Positions 63,407 to 64,000 of a DNA stretch of 64,000 bases are shown here, piece by piece. Within the stretch, counting starts at the first letter, position 1, and each line of letters starts with the position of its first letter. A program made the position numbers and the translations under genes. Source of the stretch: Nanobdellota archaeon (GTDB lineage: Archaea; Nanobdellota; Nanobdellia; Pacearchaeales; GW2011-AR1); NCBI GenBank assembly GCA_038045945.1, contig JBBSXC010000004.1:35077-99076 (forward strand), written 5' to 3'. The notes under the pieces are model-generated. The model was given only the letters and a program-made list of their open reading frames with translations. It did not search any database and was not told where the DNA came from.

Positions 63407-63910
63407 ATGAAAACAAACACTATGAAAAACATAAAGATGGAAAAGATCATATTGTCAGCTGGAGCAGTAGGAGACCAATTAGACAAAGCATACAAACTAC
63501 TAGGAAGAGTATCAGGAGAAAAAATAGTAAAAACGATGACAACAAAGAGAATACCAACATGGGGAGTAAGACCAAAACTAGAAGTAGGATGTAAAGTAAC
63601 AGTAAGAGGGAAAAAAGCAGAAAAATTACTAAAAAGACTACTAGCAGCAGTTGATAACGTAATAAAAGAAAAACAAATAGCGAACAACCACTTCTCATTC
63701 GGAATAAAAGAATACATCGAAATACCAGATATGGAATACCAAAGAGACATAGGAGTAATGGGATTCAACACAACAGTAGACTTCGCAAGACCAGGAGTAA
63801 GAGTTAAAAGAAGAAGAATGAAAAAGAACGGGATACCAAAAAGACAAGAAGTATCAGTAGAAGAAATAAAAACATTCATGCAAGATAAATACGGAGTGAA
63901 AGTAATATGA
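63407..63910 (+). CDS. rpl5: Ribosomal protein L5 (uL5)
   Basis: ...IPTWGVRPKLEVGCKVTVRGKKAEKLL... Confidence 0.9.
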   Translation: MKTNTMKNIKMEKIILSAGAVGDQLDKAYKLLGRVSGEKIVKTMTTKRIPTWGVRPKLEVGCKVTVRGKKAEKLLKRLLAAVDNVIKEKQIANNHFSFGIKEYIEIPDMEYQRDIGVMGFNTTVDFARPGVRVKRRRMKKNGIPKRQEVSVEEIKTFMQDKYGVKVI

Positions 63911-64000
63911 CAGCAAGCGACTGGCAAAAAATACTAAAGCAACTAAAGAATAAGCCAGCAGTAGCAGAAAAATACAAAAGGTTTAACAAGCCAAAAGACA
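63907..64000 (+). CDS. rps14: Ribosomal protein S14 (uS14), partial at window end
   Basis: Position after L5 and basic N-terminus MTASDWQKILKQLKNKPAVAEKYKRFNKPKD. Truncated by the window. Confidence 0.55.
   Translation, partial: MTASDWQKILKQLKNKPAVAEKYKRFNKPKD

Noticed and set aside
56224-63927. Many long reverse or alternate-frame ORFs across the ribosomal protein operon (e.g. 56321-56803, 57223-57705, 62444-63349, 63388-63927)
   Set aside because: All overlap canonical r-protein genes and translate to Leu/Phe-rich low-complexity sequence. Artefacts of strand compositional skew.
1-64000. CRISPR arrays, rRNA genes, transposases or integrases
   Set aside because: No regularly spaced direct repeats, no rRNA-like conserved blocks, and no DDE or tyrosine-recombinase motifs were seen. 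Only the 19-nt repeat pair at 37.2 kb and the two LAGLIDADG genes hint at mobile DNA.

Overview
This window reads as an archaeal chromosome segment. Archaea- or eukaryote-specific translation and transcription genes are present (r-proteins L37Ae, L40e, S4e, P0/P1; RpoP, Spt5, TFS, aSUI1, aIF5A, prefoldin beta), with FtsZ plus SepF for division. The DNA is very A-rich on coding strands, proteins are Lys-rich, genes are tightly packed with many 1-4 nt overlaps, and many proteins are surface-exposed. That fits a small-genome, possibly DPANN-like archaeon, but lineage cannot be confirmed from sequence alone. Main content, in order: (1) 1-6750, a locus of at least five small proteins with class III (type IV pilin-like) signal peptides of the form KRG/KRA followed by Q, two lipoproteins and a 778-aa Cys-rich multi-module surface protein. 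(2) 7463-10051, a putative S-layer protein followed by a stack of four perfect hairpins. (3) 12262-15213, an operon of an exosortase/archaeosortase-family protein, a small membrane protein and a 644-aa surface protein with a C-terminal TM-plus-basic sorting tail. (4) Information-processing and housekeeping genes (L37Ae-RpoP-prefoldin-SepF, SecE-Spt5-L11, FtsZ, Adk, FKBP, aIF5A, L40e, M50 protease, L1-P0-P1, KsgA, TFS, cyclophilin, AMP phosphorylase, SNF2 helicase). (5) 55971-64000, the large ribosomal protein operon (L3-L4-L23-[novel ORF]-L2-S19-L22-S3-L29-SUI1-S17-L14-L24-S4e-L5-S14). Three tRNAs were found by eye: Pro-TGG, Ser-CGA and Ser-TGA. Two free-standing double-motif LAGLIDADG endonuclease genes each abut or overlap a tRNA gene. 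No CRISPR array, rRNA, transposase or integrase was recognised. All calls are from reading the sequence and ORF translations by eye; no searches were run.
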